Shown here one piece after another: positions 1 to 13,100 of a DNA stretch of 64,000 bases; the first letter of the stretch is position 1, and each line of letters opens with the position of its first letter. Source of the DNA: Macrostomum lignano (lineage: Eukaryota); NCBI GenBank assembly GCA_002269645.1, contig NIVC01000272.1:248001-312000 (forward strand). The letters are read 5' to 3'. Under the pieces are notes generated by a model. It was not told the DNA's origin, ran no database searches, and worked only from the letters and a program-made list of their open reading frames with translations. The position numbers and the translations under genes were made by a program.

Positions 1-3000
1 GGGGTCAGTGTTGATGTCAGCATGGGGTCAGTGTTGGTGTCAGCATGGGGTCAGTGTTGGCGTCAGCATGGGGTCAGTGTTGGTGTCAGCATGGGGTGAG
101 TGTTGGCGTCAGCATGGGGTCAGTGTTGGTGTCAGCATGGGGTCAGTGTTGGCGTCAGTATGGGGTCAGTGTTGGTGTCAGCATGGGGTCAGTGTTGGCG
201 TCAGCATGGGGTCAGTGTTGGCGTCAGCATGGGGTCAGTGTTGGCGTCAGCATGGGGTCAGTGTTGGTGTCAGCATGGGGTCAGTGTTGGTGTCAGCATG
301 GGGTCAGTGTTGGTGTCAGCATGGGGTCAGTGTTGATGTCAGCATGGGGTCAGTGTTGGTGTCAGCATGGGGTCAGTGTTAACGTCAGCATGGGGTCAGT
401 GTTAACGTCAGCATGGGGTCAGTGTTGGTGTCAGCATGGGGTCAGTGTTGGTGTCAGCATGGGGTCAGTGTTGGAGTCAGCATGGGGTCAGTGTTGGTGT
501 CAGCATGGGGTCAGTGTTGGAGTCAGCATGGGGTCAGTGTTGGTGTCAGCATAGGGTCAGTGTTGGTGTCAGCATGGGGTCAGTGTTGGTGTCAGCATGG
601 GGTCAGTGTTGGAGTCAGCATGGGGTCAGTGTTGGCGTCAGCATGGGGTCAGTGTTGGTGTCAGCATGGGGTCAGTGTTGGTGTCAGCATGGGGTCAGTG
701 TTGATGTCAGCATGGGGTCAGTGTTGGTGTCAGCATGGGGTCAGTGTTGGTGTCAGCATGGGGTCAGTGTTGGCGTCAGCATGGGGTCAGTGTTGGTGTC
801 AGCATGGGGTCAGTGTTGGCGTCAGCATGGGGTCAGTGTTGGCGTCAGCATGGGGTCAGTGTTGGTGTCAGCATGGGGTCAGTGTTGATGTCAGCATGGG
901 GTCAGTGTTGGTGTCAGCATGGGGTCAGTGTTGGCGTCAGCATGGGGTCAGTGTTGGTGTCAGCATGGGGTGAGTGTTGGTGTCAGCATGGGGTCAGTGT
1001 TGGTGTCAGCATGGGGTCAGTGTTGGCGTCAGCATGGGGTCAGTGTTGGTGTCAGCATGGGGTCAGTGTTGGCGTCAGCATGGGGTCAGTGTTGGCGTCA
1101 GCATGGGGTCAGTGTTGGCGTCAGCATGGGGTCAGTGTTGGTGTCAGCATGGGGTCAGTGTTGGTGTCAGCATGGGGTCAGTGTTGGTGTCAGCATGGGG
1201 TCAGTGTTGATGTCAGCATGGGGTCAGTGTTGGTGTCAGCATGGGGTCAGTGTTGGTGTCAGCATGGGGTCAGTGTTAACGTCAGCATGGGGTCAGTGTT
1301 GGTGTCAGCATGGGGTCAGTGTTGGTGTCAGCATAGGGTCAGTGTTGGTGTCAGCATGGGGTCAGTGTTGGTGTCAGCATGGGGTCAGTGTTGGAGTCAG
1401 CATGGGGTCAGTGTTGGTGTCAGCATAGGGTCAGTGTTGGTGTCAGCATGGGGTCAGTGTTGGTGTCAGCATGGGGTCAGTGTTGGAGTCAGCATGGGGT
1501 CAGTGTTGGCGTCAGCATGGGGTCAGTGTTGGTGTCAGCATGGGGTCAGTGTTGGTGTCAGCATGGGGTCAGTGTTGATGTCAGCATGGGGTCAGTGTTG
1601 GTGTCAGCATGGGGTCAGTGTTGGCGTCAGCATGGGGTCAGTGTTGGTGTCAGCATGGGGTCAGTGTTGGAGTCAGCATGGGGTCAGTGTTGGTGTCAGC
1701 ATGGGGTCAGTGTTGGTGTCAGCATGGGGTCAGTGTTGGTGTCAGCATGGGGTCAGTGTTGGCGTCAGCATGGGGTCAGTGTTGGCGTCAGCATGGGGTC
1801 AGTGTTGGCGTCAGCATGGGGTCAGTGTTGGCGTCAGCATGGGGTCAGTGTTGGTGTCAGCATGGGGTCAGTGTTGGCGTCAGCATGGGGTCAGTGTTGG
1901 CGTCAGCATGGGGTCAGTGTTGGCGTCAGCATGGGGTCAGTGTTGGTGTCAGCATGGGGTCAGTGTTGGTGTCAGTGTTGGTGTCAGCATGGGTCAGTGT
2001 TGGCGTCAGCATGGGGTCAGTGTTGGTGTCAGTGTTGGAGTCAGCATGGGTCAGTGTTGGCGTCAGCATGGGTCAGTGTTGGTGTCAGCATGGGGTCAGT
2101 GTTGGTGTCAGCATGGGGTCAGTGTTGATGTCAGCATGGGGTCAGTGTTGGTGTCAGCATGGGGTCAGTGTTGGCGTCAGCATGGGGTCAGTGTTGGTGT
2201 CAGCATGGGGTGAGTGTTGGCGTCAGCATGGGGTCAGTGTTGGTGTCAGCATGGGGTCAGTGTTGGCGTCAGCATGGGGTCAGTGTTGGTGTCAGCATGG
2301 GGTCAGTGTTGGCGTCAGCATGGGGTCAGTGTTGGCGTCAGCATGGGGTCAGTGTTGGCGTCAGCATGGGGTCAGTGTTGGTGTCAGCATGGGGTCAGTG
2401 TTGGCGTCAGCATGGGGTCAGTGTTGGCGTCAGCATGGGGTCAGTGTTGGCGTCAGCATGGGGTCAGTTTTGGCGTCAGCATGGGGTCAGTGTTGGTGTC
2501 AGCATGGGGTCAGTGTTGGCGTCAGCATGGGGTCAGTGTTGGCGTCAGCATGGGGTCAGTGTTGGTGTCAGCATGGGGTCAGTGTTGGCGTCAGCATGGG
2601 GTCAGTGTTGGCGTCAGCATGGGGTCAGTGTTGGTGTCAGCATGGGGTCAGTGTTGGTGTCAGCATGGGGTCAGTGTTGATGTCAGCATGGGGTCAGTGT
2701 TGGTGTCAGCATGGGGTCAGTGTTGGCGTCAGCATGGGGTCAGTGTTGGTGTCAGCATGGGGTGAGTGTTGGTGTCAGCATGGGGTCAGTGTTAACGTCA
2801 GCATGGGGTCAGTGTTGGTGTCAGCATGGGGTCAGTGTTGGTGTCAGCATGGGGTCAGTGTTGGTGTCAGCATGGGGTCAGTGTTGGTGTCAGCATGGGG
2901 TCAGTGTTGGAGTCAGCATGGGGTCAGTGTTGGTGTCAGCATAGGGTCAGTGTTGGTGTCAGCATGGGGTCAGTGTTGGTGTCAGCATGGGGTCAGTGTT

Positions 3001-3360
3001 GGCGTCAGCATGGGGTCAGTGTTGGTGTCAGCATGGGGTCAGTGTTGGTGTCAGCATGGGGTCAGTGTTGATGTCAGCATGGGGTCAGTGTTGGTGTCAG
3101 CATGGGGTCAGTGTTGGCGTCAGCATGGGGTCAGTGTTGATGTCAGCATGGGGTCAGTGTTGGTGTCAGCATGGGGTCAGTGTTGGTGTCAGCATGGGGT
3201 CAGTGTTAACGTCAGCATGGGGTCAGTGTTGGTGTCAGCATGGGGTCAGTGTTGGTGTCAGCATAGGGTCAGTGTTGGTGTCTGCATGGGGTCAGTGTTG
3301 GTGTCAGCATGGGGTCAGTGTTGGTGTCAGCATGGGGTCAGTGTTGGTGTCAGCATGGGG
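1..3360. repeat. 23-bp minisatellite GGGGTCAGTGTTGGTGTCAGCAT (PITP intron)
   Basis: Roughly 145 tandem copies; variant patterns recur at an 874-bp offset. Confidence 0.98.
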
Positions 3361-3594
3361 TCATTGCGGATTCAGAATAGGGTGTGGGCATACGGGGTCA
3401 GCATGGGGTGTAGGATCACATGGGGTCATTGTGGTGGAATCAGAATGGGTCGTGGGTCACGTGGGGTCAGTGCGGGGTCAGCATGGGGTGTGGGGTCACG
3501 TGGGGTCAGTGCGGGGTCAGCATGGCTTGTGGGGTCACACGGGTCAGTGTCCTGAGTCACTGAGCAGTCCACAATCGATGAAAAGCAGTCGCAC

Positions 3595-6500
3595 CGTGTG
3601 AATGAAGCTCTCAACCCGGGTCTGCAGGCCGAACCACTTGAACTCGCAGGTGACGAGCTTGTAGGCGCACATGACCGGCCCATTGTAGTTCTGCCACCAG
3701 GGATTGTTCACCAGCGGCCCGCGGTCGGTCTTCTCCGACTTGAACAGCTTGGGGTCGAACTCGCGCTTGTAGTCAGAGTTGGAGTACAGCTTGTCGTTGG
3801 CGATGTCGATGTACACAACCTCCCGCTTGCTGAGCAGATCTGGCGGCAGCTGGTGCACATTCTGCTGCGTGCCAGCGTCCTGCACGTGCATGGACTCGAT
3901 CTTGATGAAGAAGTTCTCCTTCATGTAGCCGGGGTTCTCCACCACAGTGCGGCAGTAGGGGTAGGCGTTCCAGGCCGTCTCCGTCATCTCCAGCGAGCCC
4001 GACGGCGCCAGCAGGCGGATGAACTTCGGCACCTTGCTGGAGAGGTTGAGGGCCGGGTCCAATAGTAGCAGATGGAGAGGCTTATGGGTAGGATGCAATT
4101 CAAATGGGTGCGTGGCGATTAGGGGCAGAAGTTCTCTCTGGCTGGAGGGGCCATTTAGGAGCAATTCTAAAAGGGAATTTAGGGCGATTCTCGAAGGAAA
4201 TTTAGGGCGATTCTAAAAGGAAATTTAGAGGCGATCTAGAAGGGAATTTGGGGGCGATTCTAGAAGGGAATTTAGGGGCGATTCTAGAAGGGAATTTAGG
4301 GGCGATTCTAGAAGGGAATTTAGGGCGATTTTAGAAGGGAATTTAGGGCGATTCTAGAAGGGAATTTAAGGACGATTCTAGGAGGGAATTTAGGGGCGAT
4401 TCTAGAAGGGAATTTAGGGCGATTCTAGAAGGGAATTTAGGGGCGATTCTAGAAGGGAATTTAGGGGCGATTCTAGAAGGGAATTTAGGGGCGATTCTAG
4501 AAAGAAATTTAGGGCGATTTTAGAAGGGAATTTAGGGGCGACTCTAAAAGGAAATTTAGGGGCGATTTTAGAAGGGAATTTAGAAACGATTCTAGAGGGG
4601 AATTTTGAGAATTTTAAAAAAGGAATTTAGGGGCAATTCTAGAAGGGAATTTAGGGGCGATTATAGAGGATCTAGAAGGGAGATATGGAGATATGTCCAC
4701 GCACTTCTGCAGCTTGTAGATCTTGTACGTGTACTGCCCATTCGCTCGGTTGCCTAGCAGAGGCGTCTTAGGCGGCCACTTGTTGGCCTTGACATCGAAA
4801 GGCTCGTTGTGCACCACCATGATGCCCTCGCCGCCGCCAGTCTCCTGCTTGGATGCTTCGGCAACAGAAAAGAGCTGAGCGCAGTGGTACTCCTCCACTG
4901 TCATTGGCAGGATAACTCGGCTAGACAAAAAAGTAAAAAAAAATTGGCAAATAAGGTCAAGGCAAAAGTCAATGAGAAATCTGAGAACTAAGCCAGTTGG
5001 TCAAAAGGATTTTGTGCACTATCTACTGATTAGGACTGTTTTATAAGACACCTTTTTTAGTCATTGAAGTCCAAATCCATTATCTCTACAAACATATAGT
5101 ATAGATGTAGTCAGAAAATGACTTTTAATAAAAATTTGACTATTATGAATTCAAATATAAACACTAAAAGATATTTTATAAACTAAAAATATTTTACATT
5201 GCACAAATGTTTAGAAGTGTACAATGTTGAATAAATTTGTTAGAATAAGAGTTCTGCTGTAGCTATAGATCTATGGCTATAAGAATTTTTAGATACTGAT
5301 ATTTTTAGACAAAACATATAGATATAGATATGGTTATAGGAATATATACCTCCTATATCTATTTGCCATTCAATAACAGAGACTTAAGGATGATACATGA
5401 TTGTAATCCTAGCTATTCTTAATAAATAAATTAGACCAAATTATAAATGATAAGTTAATAGCTTTGTTTTATATCAATGAAAATATAGTTTATAGATATT
5501 TTGTCTGTTATATTTAAACATCTAGTCATAGAAAGGATCTAACTAAAAATTAATAAAATGGCTAAATGAATCTAAAGTTAAAACAAGTATAAATAAGATT
5601 CTATATAATGTTTAATAGTTTAATAGTTTAATTTATATCTTACTATAAATATGGCAGTTGGTATTGTTACAGTGACCATATAATTATAAATATTAAATAG
5701 CAAAAAGTTATTTTTATGATCAATGCATAAGACAATACCTGAGCCAAAGGTTTTAACCTAATGTAACCCTATAATTGCAAAAATGTTATTTTATAGTCAT
5801 TATACATAATATTAATAAGCAAAATGGCAATTTTTATAGTCACAGAGAAGAAATGTTATTTATATTAATGGTTAATAATTACCTAAAATAAGCTAGGTTA
5901 AGTCAATGACAAGAGCCACTAGAAGCCTTATAATCAATATATAACAGTAGGAATGCCAATCCATTTTTCTGCCTGTCAAACTACCAAGAGGGGGGGGGGA
6001 ATTTACCCCTCCCTGACAATTTTTTTGCTGCACCAGAATGGAGCAACACAGCCACACAAAATTTAAGAACACAAGCTAAATTTTTGTTGTGCACCTTCTT
6101 AAACAAAAATCAAGTCGCCAGCCTTCTGGACCATTGAGATATTTGATGATTCTGCCAGAAGGTCGGATTTTTCCAATAAGCTCCAGTGTATTCAATACAA
6201 CCCCTATGTACCAATCAGCACTGCCCCTTAGTGCAGCCTTGCCAAGCCTCTAAATTTCATCAGCACCTCGACCACATGTGTTTGCATCAGCTCTGACTTT
6301 TGTTAGTCACTGGCCTTCACCAAGATGGAGCTTCTAGACCTTCAACAGGTGGCACCAGGTGACTATGAATACCCTGATACAAATTTCTTGAGTTTTGCTG
6401 ATCAAGCCTTGACAGTGGGCAAAATTCAACTGCTAGGTATCCTCAGCTATTCTCTCAAGCATTCTGTCATCACCCAGATGCCATCGGCACCTTCAATAGA

Positions 6501-8667
6501 TTACACTAGCTGACTATAGATAGTCTGATGCAAATTTTTATAGTTTCTCTAATCAAGCCTTGACAATGGGCAAGCATCAACCGTGGGGCATTCTCAGCTT
6601 GTCTTTCAAGCATTCAGTCATCACCTGGATGCCATCGGCACCTTTAACAGATTACACCAGGTGACTATAGACATCCTATTGCAACTATATCAGGTTTTTC
6701 TTATCAAGCTTCAATATGGGCAAGCCTCAACTGCTAGACATCTTGAGTTATCAGCAACAACTCCAGGCCTAGAAGTTCTTGGCCTTAGTCAGGTCAAGGC
6801 TTTGGTCAAGTCCAAGGCTAAGGCCAAGGCCTTGACCATAAGATGAAATTAGACAAAATGAGAAATGGACAATGAGACAAAACCATAAGCCATATGATTA
6901 GTAGGCAGTTGCTCAAACTAAAAAATTGACTCTAGTCTGTATGAATAAAGTGAGCAAGAGCTCATTGGCATTTGCTTAGAAGTTCTTGCTCCTGAGCTGT
7001 TGCTCAGTAATTTCAGAAATTCTCAAAGTCTGAGCATTTACTTTTGTCAGTATAAATAAAAACTAGACCATAAATAAATTTTAGTACTTTATACTTAATA
7101 TTCAGTCTACACAGTAAATTAGCAAGCTTTTTTGTAATTTCTTCTCTTGGCAAACATTTGGTTCAGTTTACAGTTCAATTAACTTATTATATCATCATGT
7201 TTATGTCATCACATTGGGTGATGATAGACTAAGAGTCTAATTGAGAATGACCAGAAGTTAAAATTTGCCTATAATTGATGCTTGTGCAGCTACATTAAAG
7301 AAATTTATAACAGGGTATTCATAGTAACTTGGTGCTACCATGGACAACTAGAGTATTTTAGTTGTCTAAGGGTGCCATCTGTTCAAGGTGCTGATGGCAT
7401 CAGGGTGATGACGGGATGCTTGAGAGACTAGCTGAGGATGTCTAGCAGCTGAGGCTTGCCCACTGTTGAGGCTTGATCAGCAAAACTCAAGAAATTTTTA
7501 TTAGACGCTTATAGTCACCTGGTATAATCTGTTGAAGGTGCCGATGGCATTGGGGTGATGACTGAATGCTTGAGAGACTAGCTAAGAATGTCAAATAGTT
7601 GAGGCTTGCCTATTATCAAAGCTTGATAAGAAAAACCTAACATAGTTAGAATAGGATGTCCATAGTCACCTGGTATAATCTATTGAAGGTGTCAATGGGC
7701 AATGGCATAGGGGTGATGACTGAATGTTTGAGAGTCCAGCTGAGGATACCCAGCAGTTGAGTTTTGCATATTGTCAAGGCTTGATCAGCAAAACTTGAGA
7801 AAAAAATAGTATCAGGGTGTCTATAGTCATTTGGTACCACCTGTTGAAGGTCCAGAAGCTTTGCCTGGCTAAAGGCCAGGTACCAATGAAGTCAGAGCTG
7901 ATACAGACATATGTGGTTGATGTGCTGATAAAATTTGGAGACTTGACAAAGCTGCACTAAGGCACAATGCTGATTGGTACATAGGGATATACTAAATACA
8001 CTGGCGCTATAGGAAAAATCCAACCTGGCAGAATCATCAAATATATTGATGGTCTAAAGGGCTGGAAACTTGATTCTTGTTTTAAAAGGTACACAACAAA
8101 AAGTTAACTTGTGTTCTTGAATTTCATGCACCTGTGTTGCTCCACTCTGGTGCAGCAAAAAAATTGTTGAACTCCCCCTCTTGGTAGTTCTACCATTAAT
8201 GTCATAAATAAATCATAGATAAATTTGTAATTTTGTCATTGAATTTTTCTTGTTTTTTTAATTTAATTATCTCTTATTAGTTTATTTGCATTGCAAGTTT
8301 GTTATTTAATTTAGATAATATTTGTTTTATATGCTGACCATAAAAATAACCATCTTGCTATTTATGGTCCTTTTAACAATAACAACTGCCTTTAAATATA
8401 TTTTTAACTTATATTACTCACATTTTTAGTTAGATAATGCTTATTCCAATCAAGCATTGATTAAAACTAAGCCTAAGGCCTAATAAAAAGTTCTTACCTA
8501 ATGATTTTTAGGAAAAAACTTTATTTGTGGCAAATTTTTAGACATGATACTAAAAAGCATAAAAGATTAAATAAAGCCAATGTCAATGACATGCAGATTA
8601 GGAATATGTCTAGTACAATCAAGACAAAAACAAATTAAAAAATTACTTACTATTCCTTAATTAACAT
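3595..8667 (-). CDS. PITPNA: Class I phosphatidylinositol transfer protein (PITP alpha/beta, vibrator-like); exons 8667-8651, 4920-4705, 4036-3595; remaining 3' exons lie beyond the window start
   Basis: The spliced translation is MLIKEY|[33 protein letters not shown]...[12 protein letters not shown]|[30 protein letters not shown]...[26 protein letters not shown], which carries the PITP hallmark motifs. All junctions are GT-AG and phases match (TA+C, AA+C). The alpha/beta paralogue cannot be resolved from sequence alone. Confidence 0.93.
4165..4680. repeat. 23/24-bp minisatellite GGGGCGATTCTAGAAGGGAATTTA (PITP intron 2)
   Basis: Direct tandem copies. Confidence 0.95.
5535..8436. mobile_element. 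Diverged foldback-like element (long inverted arms with internal ~120-bp subrepeats) in PITP intron 1
   Basis: Collinear inverted matches include ATCTAACTAAAAAT (~5537/~8430), GGCAGTTG.TATTGTTA (~5652/~8385), CTACCAAGAGGGG (~5981/~8180) and TTTTGCTGATCAAGCCTTGACA (~6393/~7780). The central spacer is ~6730-7370. Confidence 0.65.
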
Positions 8668-10200
8668 GATTCTTGTACCGGTCTAAGATAGTTGTCAGTT
8701 TTTTTAAATACAGAAGTTCGGAAAAGAAAAATTTAAATAAGAAGGTAGACGAGTATTTGGGAGTAATAATGACTAGTGTTCTTGACTAGTGTAGTCACTA
8801 AAAAGGCAATTGCAAAATAAAATTAATATTAATCGGCCTATTTCAAAACAGTAATAATAAATCAATTGTGTATAATATCTCACTAAAATACTAATTTTAA
8901 AGTATGATCCCAATAACAATACAATATAAAATACAGTACCCACTAAAGTCAGGCTAATCGTGTCCAGCGAAGCAAGAAGAGAACTGCAGTGAGCAATGAG
9001 AAGTTAAAATAACAAAAAGAAGCTTTTTTGAATAACGATATTAAAGCAAGATTAAGAAAGTCTAAAAAAAAATACAACGTGCTTCAGACTTTTTTAAATA
9101 AATAACTAAGCGTTAACATTAACTATTAGGACTATAATAAGAAGCATATATTTTAAAAAGTTCTGCTAGCCTTGATATTATCAATAAAATATATTTGATT
9201 TCGTAAAAATCGACGAGATATTTTTAGCGGCGCCCGCAAACTGCTGTTTAACTATTCTAACCCTACACTGGCTACAGTTTAGCTAGTGGAGCCTGGTTTT
9301 CTATGTCGTGGGTTTATCAATGTGTTTTGTGTGCTTAATTTTTTAAGTGCTTTTATAAAACTTCAGTCTATACTTTTCTATTTAGATCAATTTTTATTAC
9401 CAGCAGCATTGTACTTCAAAAAATCTTAAAATAGGCCTAGTATATCTCTATAGAGAAGCTACTCACCATCAAAATTGTAACAAGTTTTGTATGTAATGTC
9501 AATTAGTAAAAATCTATTGCAAAAGGCTCCTTTCTATGTCATATGTGTTACACCTATTATGCTTTTGTGGTGCAGCTAGAGGAATGTTTTTTTTTAATAT
9601 TTTAGAAAGCAATACATATTTTTTTACCTGAAAAATGTTTCTTCTATGAAAACTATCACTTTTTTCTCTAACATTTTCTTTAGGCTTAATGTAAATTATG
9701 CATGTAAATTAAATTATGTAAAAAAACTTTCAAATTAAAGCAGTATGCAATGAATGCCTGCAGGCTTATTATAGGCAAAGTATTGAATTTTTGTATTTTC
9801 ACTAATATACTCATAATTTTTAGGGATGTTTGAAGAAAATCGCTTGAGGGCTTTTTTCTCTAACCAATCACATAGATGTATAAGCACAGACAGACCATTT
9901 TTAGTATATAGATTATGAAAGTGAAAGCTTTTTAAAATAAAAAAATACATAAAAATTCTGAAACTGAACTTTTAGTTTATTTTCTATACTCTTCACTATA
10001 GGGCCTATATTGACATGCAAAAGCTTCTCTAATACATTGCTAACAAATTTAAAGATTGGTGCTCTTTTTAATGCCAAACCAGTATACACAATTCGTGAAA
10101 AGACTCTGAATGACCATCAGTGACATGCAATTTGGTTGCTTTGTCAGATAGATGTCAAATTCTTCAAAAAGAGTTGAACCTGAACCACTGCAGCTGACAA

Positions 10201-11928
10201 ATGGGCAACGAACTGAGCGCGCCCATTCGATCAACTCCCGAGAGTCTGTTCTCCATCACCATGCGCTCATCCAATCAGCTGTTGGTGCTGAACGCGGGCA
10301 GCGAGCTGGGCCGGCAGCTGAACAGCCTCGTCAACAAAGAGTATGACAATGGCGTCAAGCACGAGTCCGCCTACCCGCACGACCTGCGCATCTTCCACCT
10401 CAACGATGCGCCGTTCCACGCCGACAGCGGCCAGGAGGCCGGCGTGGCCGCCAAGCGGCTTCTCTGTGTCCTGCTGCGCCACCTGCTGTCGACCGGCTTC
10501 CAGCCTGTGGTGGCCACCGACCTCTGTCGCAAGTACGAGGTATCCTCGCTGTGCTTTGCCACCGGCTCAGCGGCCGGTGCCGCCGCTGCCGCATCCGCCG
10601 CTCCTCCGTGCGACGGTCCGGTCGCCTGCGTGGCATTCAGTGACGGCTGCCTGCTGCAGCTTATCGAATGCGACAACCCGCTGATTCAGGCCATCCAACG
10701 CTGCGTCCAGGCAAGTCATCTGGGCTGCTCTGATTGATGCAGCTCCCCAGCTCTGGTTTGGCGTCTGTGTTTCCCATTCTGGTGTTCTGCTGTTCTAAAT
10801 TCTTCGAATGGTCGCTTCAAAGTTTTGAGCTCATCAGTGGCTCAACCGCTTCATCCTGAGCTCCTCAGTGGGTCAACCGCTTCATCCTGATCTCCTCAGT
10901 GGGTCAACCGCTTCATCCTGAGCTCCTCAGTGGGTCAACCGCTTCATCCTGATCTCCTCAGTGGGTCAACCGCTTCATCCTGATCTCCTCAGTGGGTCAA
11001 CCGCTTCATCCTGATCTCCTCAGTGGGTCAACCGCTTCATCCTGATCTCCCCAGTGGGTCAACCGCTTCATCCTGATCTCCCCAGTGGGTCAACCGCTTC
11101 ATCCTGATCTCTTCAGTGCATGGGTCAACCGCTTCATCTTGAGCTTCTCGTTGGGTCAACCGCTTCATCTTGAGCTTCTTAGTGGGTCAACCGCTTCATC
11201 CTGAGCTCCTTGGTGGATCAACCGCTTCATCCTGATCTCCTCAGTGCATGGGTCAACCGCTTCATCCTGATCTCCTCAGTGCATGGGTCAACCGCTTCAT
11301 CTTGAGCTTCTCGTTGGGTCAACCTCTTCATCTTGAGCTTCTTAGTGGGTCAACCGCTTCATCTTGAGCTTCTTAGTAGGCCAACCGCTTCATCCTGAGC
11401 TCCTCAGTGGGTCAACCGCTTCATCCTGATCTCCTCAGTGGATCAACCGCTTCATCCTGATGTCCTCAGTGGGTCAACCGCTTCATCTTGAGCTCATCAG
11501 TGGGTCAACCGCTTCTTCTAGGAACTCCCAAGTCCCCCTAGTCGCCAGAGACTCTGTACTCATTGCCATTAAACATTCACCTGGCCGCAGGCTCTGTGGC
11601 CCAACTGCCGCATCTGCACGGAGGGCTGCTACCAGTTCGAGCTGGACGGCGCGCCCTGGACTGCCGTCATCGGTGACGTGTCAGCCAGGGCTCGGCAGCT
11701 GCTGGTGCAGATCGTCCGGGAAGCCACCGGCCTCGGCTGGCAGCTGCTGCTGGCCACGCACACCAAGGACACCGACTGCTGCCTGTTCTTCCAGCACGTG
11801 GCTGAGAAGGTTGAGCTGCCGCAGCCGTTCCTCACCAATCAGACGTTCGCTGTTAGCCTGAAGGGCAAAGATATGCTAACTGTGATTGGCGCGCAGACTA
11901 ACACACAGGAGTACATCATTCATAAGGT

Positions 11929-11962
<34 letters not shown>

Positions 11963-12812
11963 CCACCTGTCTCTAACTCTTGCCCCTCCCTCCTCAAAGG
12001 TGTCGCAGCTGTGGCGGCCGGGAGTGTCCCGCAGCGGTGTCACGGGCGGCAGCGCTGACTGCAGCTTCATGGCGCTGCAGCTGAAGGGCAGCCCGTGGTA
12101 CTGCATCGGGGAGGAGAGCGCGCACGCCAGGCTGCTGGTGATGGGGCTGCTGGCCGCCCTGCGCAGCAAGGGCTGGCGACTGCTGAGCGCTGTGGAGCTG
12201 GCTCGCCGGTCCAACGACAAGGTGAGAGCTGCAGAGCGTAGAGTGCCTGGGGTGCTTTCAAAGGGATTGTAACGTAGGAGATTGTGAAGTTTTAGGGTTC
12301 ATTTGGGGTTGAAAACTTTGGGGATTGTGAACTTCCCTGGGAGGATCATACTTTCCCAACGCTCCCGCGCCCCTCAGGCCACGCTGGTGTTCGTGCGCGG
12401 TCCCTGCGAGGAGCGGCCGCACTGCTGCGTGGCTCCGGTCAGCGCCAACCGGCTGTGGCTGCTGCAGGTGCCGTCAGACCTTCAGCAGGCCACCACGGAG
12501 CTGGTGAAGCAGAGCTACCAGTTCGGCGTGGAGGAGACTCGCGAGCGGCCGTCTTACTTGGAGCTGCGGCTGCGCCAGTCGCCTTGGGGCAGCGGCAAGA
12601 GCGGCATGGCCGGCCACGGCAGGCAGCTGATGCTGTGCGTGCTGGACCTCTTCATGCGGCGCGGCTGGCTGCCCGTCTGCTCCGTGGACGTGTCCTCGAC
12701 ATTCCACGACGACGACGACAGCTCGTACCCGCTGGACGTGCACAGCTGGTGGTTTGCCGGGCCGGCGGCGGCCACCCCCAGAGCTTCGAATTCGTTCAAG
12801 GGCCTGGCCTGA
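10201..12812 (+). CDS. Uncharacterised 500-aa protein with four tandem ~110-125 aa domains; exons 10201-10710, 11591-11926, 12000-12221, 12378-12812
   Basis: Four GC-rich exons join in phase 0 with no stops. Intron 1 is GC-AG (CAG|GCAAGT). Recurring motifs are F/L-x-L-x-x-x-P-W/F (FHLNDAPF, FELDGAPW, LQLKGSPW, LRLRQSPW) and R-x-L...GW/F (AKRLL...STGF, ARQLL...GLGW, ARLLV...SKGW, GRQLM...RRGW). Confidence 0.85.
10835..11515. repeat. 31-bp minisatellite CAGTGGGTCAACCGCTTCATCCTGATCTCCT (intron 1 of the uncharacterised gene)
   Basis: Direct tandem copies. Confidence 0.95.
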
Positions 12813-13100
12813 GCTGCGCTGAGCCTCCGGTGCTTCAGCGGCTTATCTCTCACTCTGTCACTCCCGTTCTCTAATCTGGCGGCGCTTATCTGTAAACAAG
12901 CGCAGCGCTTTTCAACTGGCCGGAGCCATCTGGAGTTTTTTATCGATTCGCGATTGACTTGTAAATCAGATGCAGTTTGCCAGGCCGCTCTGAATTTCAG
13001 ATTGGTTGCTAACGCTTGCGGCTCTGGTACTGAATTATTTAAACCAGATTCTAAGGACTTTACAGCTCTACGATTGTGGATAAGAAATTCGAGGGTTCAT

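Noticed and set aside
8-3555. Long ORFs up to 648 aa (MGSVLVSAWGQCWCQHGVSVGVS...)
   Set aside because: These are translations of a stop-poor 23-bp minisatellite, open in all three frames, lying antisense within a PITP intron.
10267-12853. Antisense and alternate-frame ORFs over GC-rich exons (also at 20525-20968, 27336-27763, 48260-48900, 50848-51328, 52067-52498 and 62747-63023)
   Set aside because: These are shadow ORFs expected from GC3-rich coding sequence, with no independent protein features.
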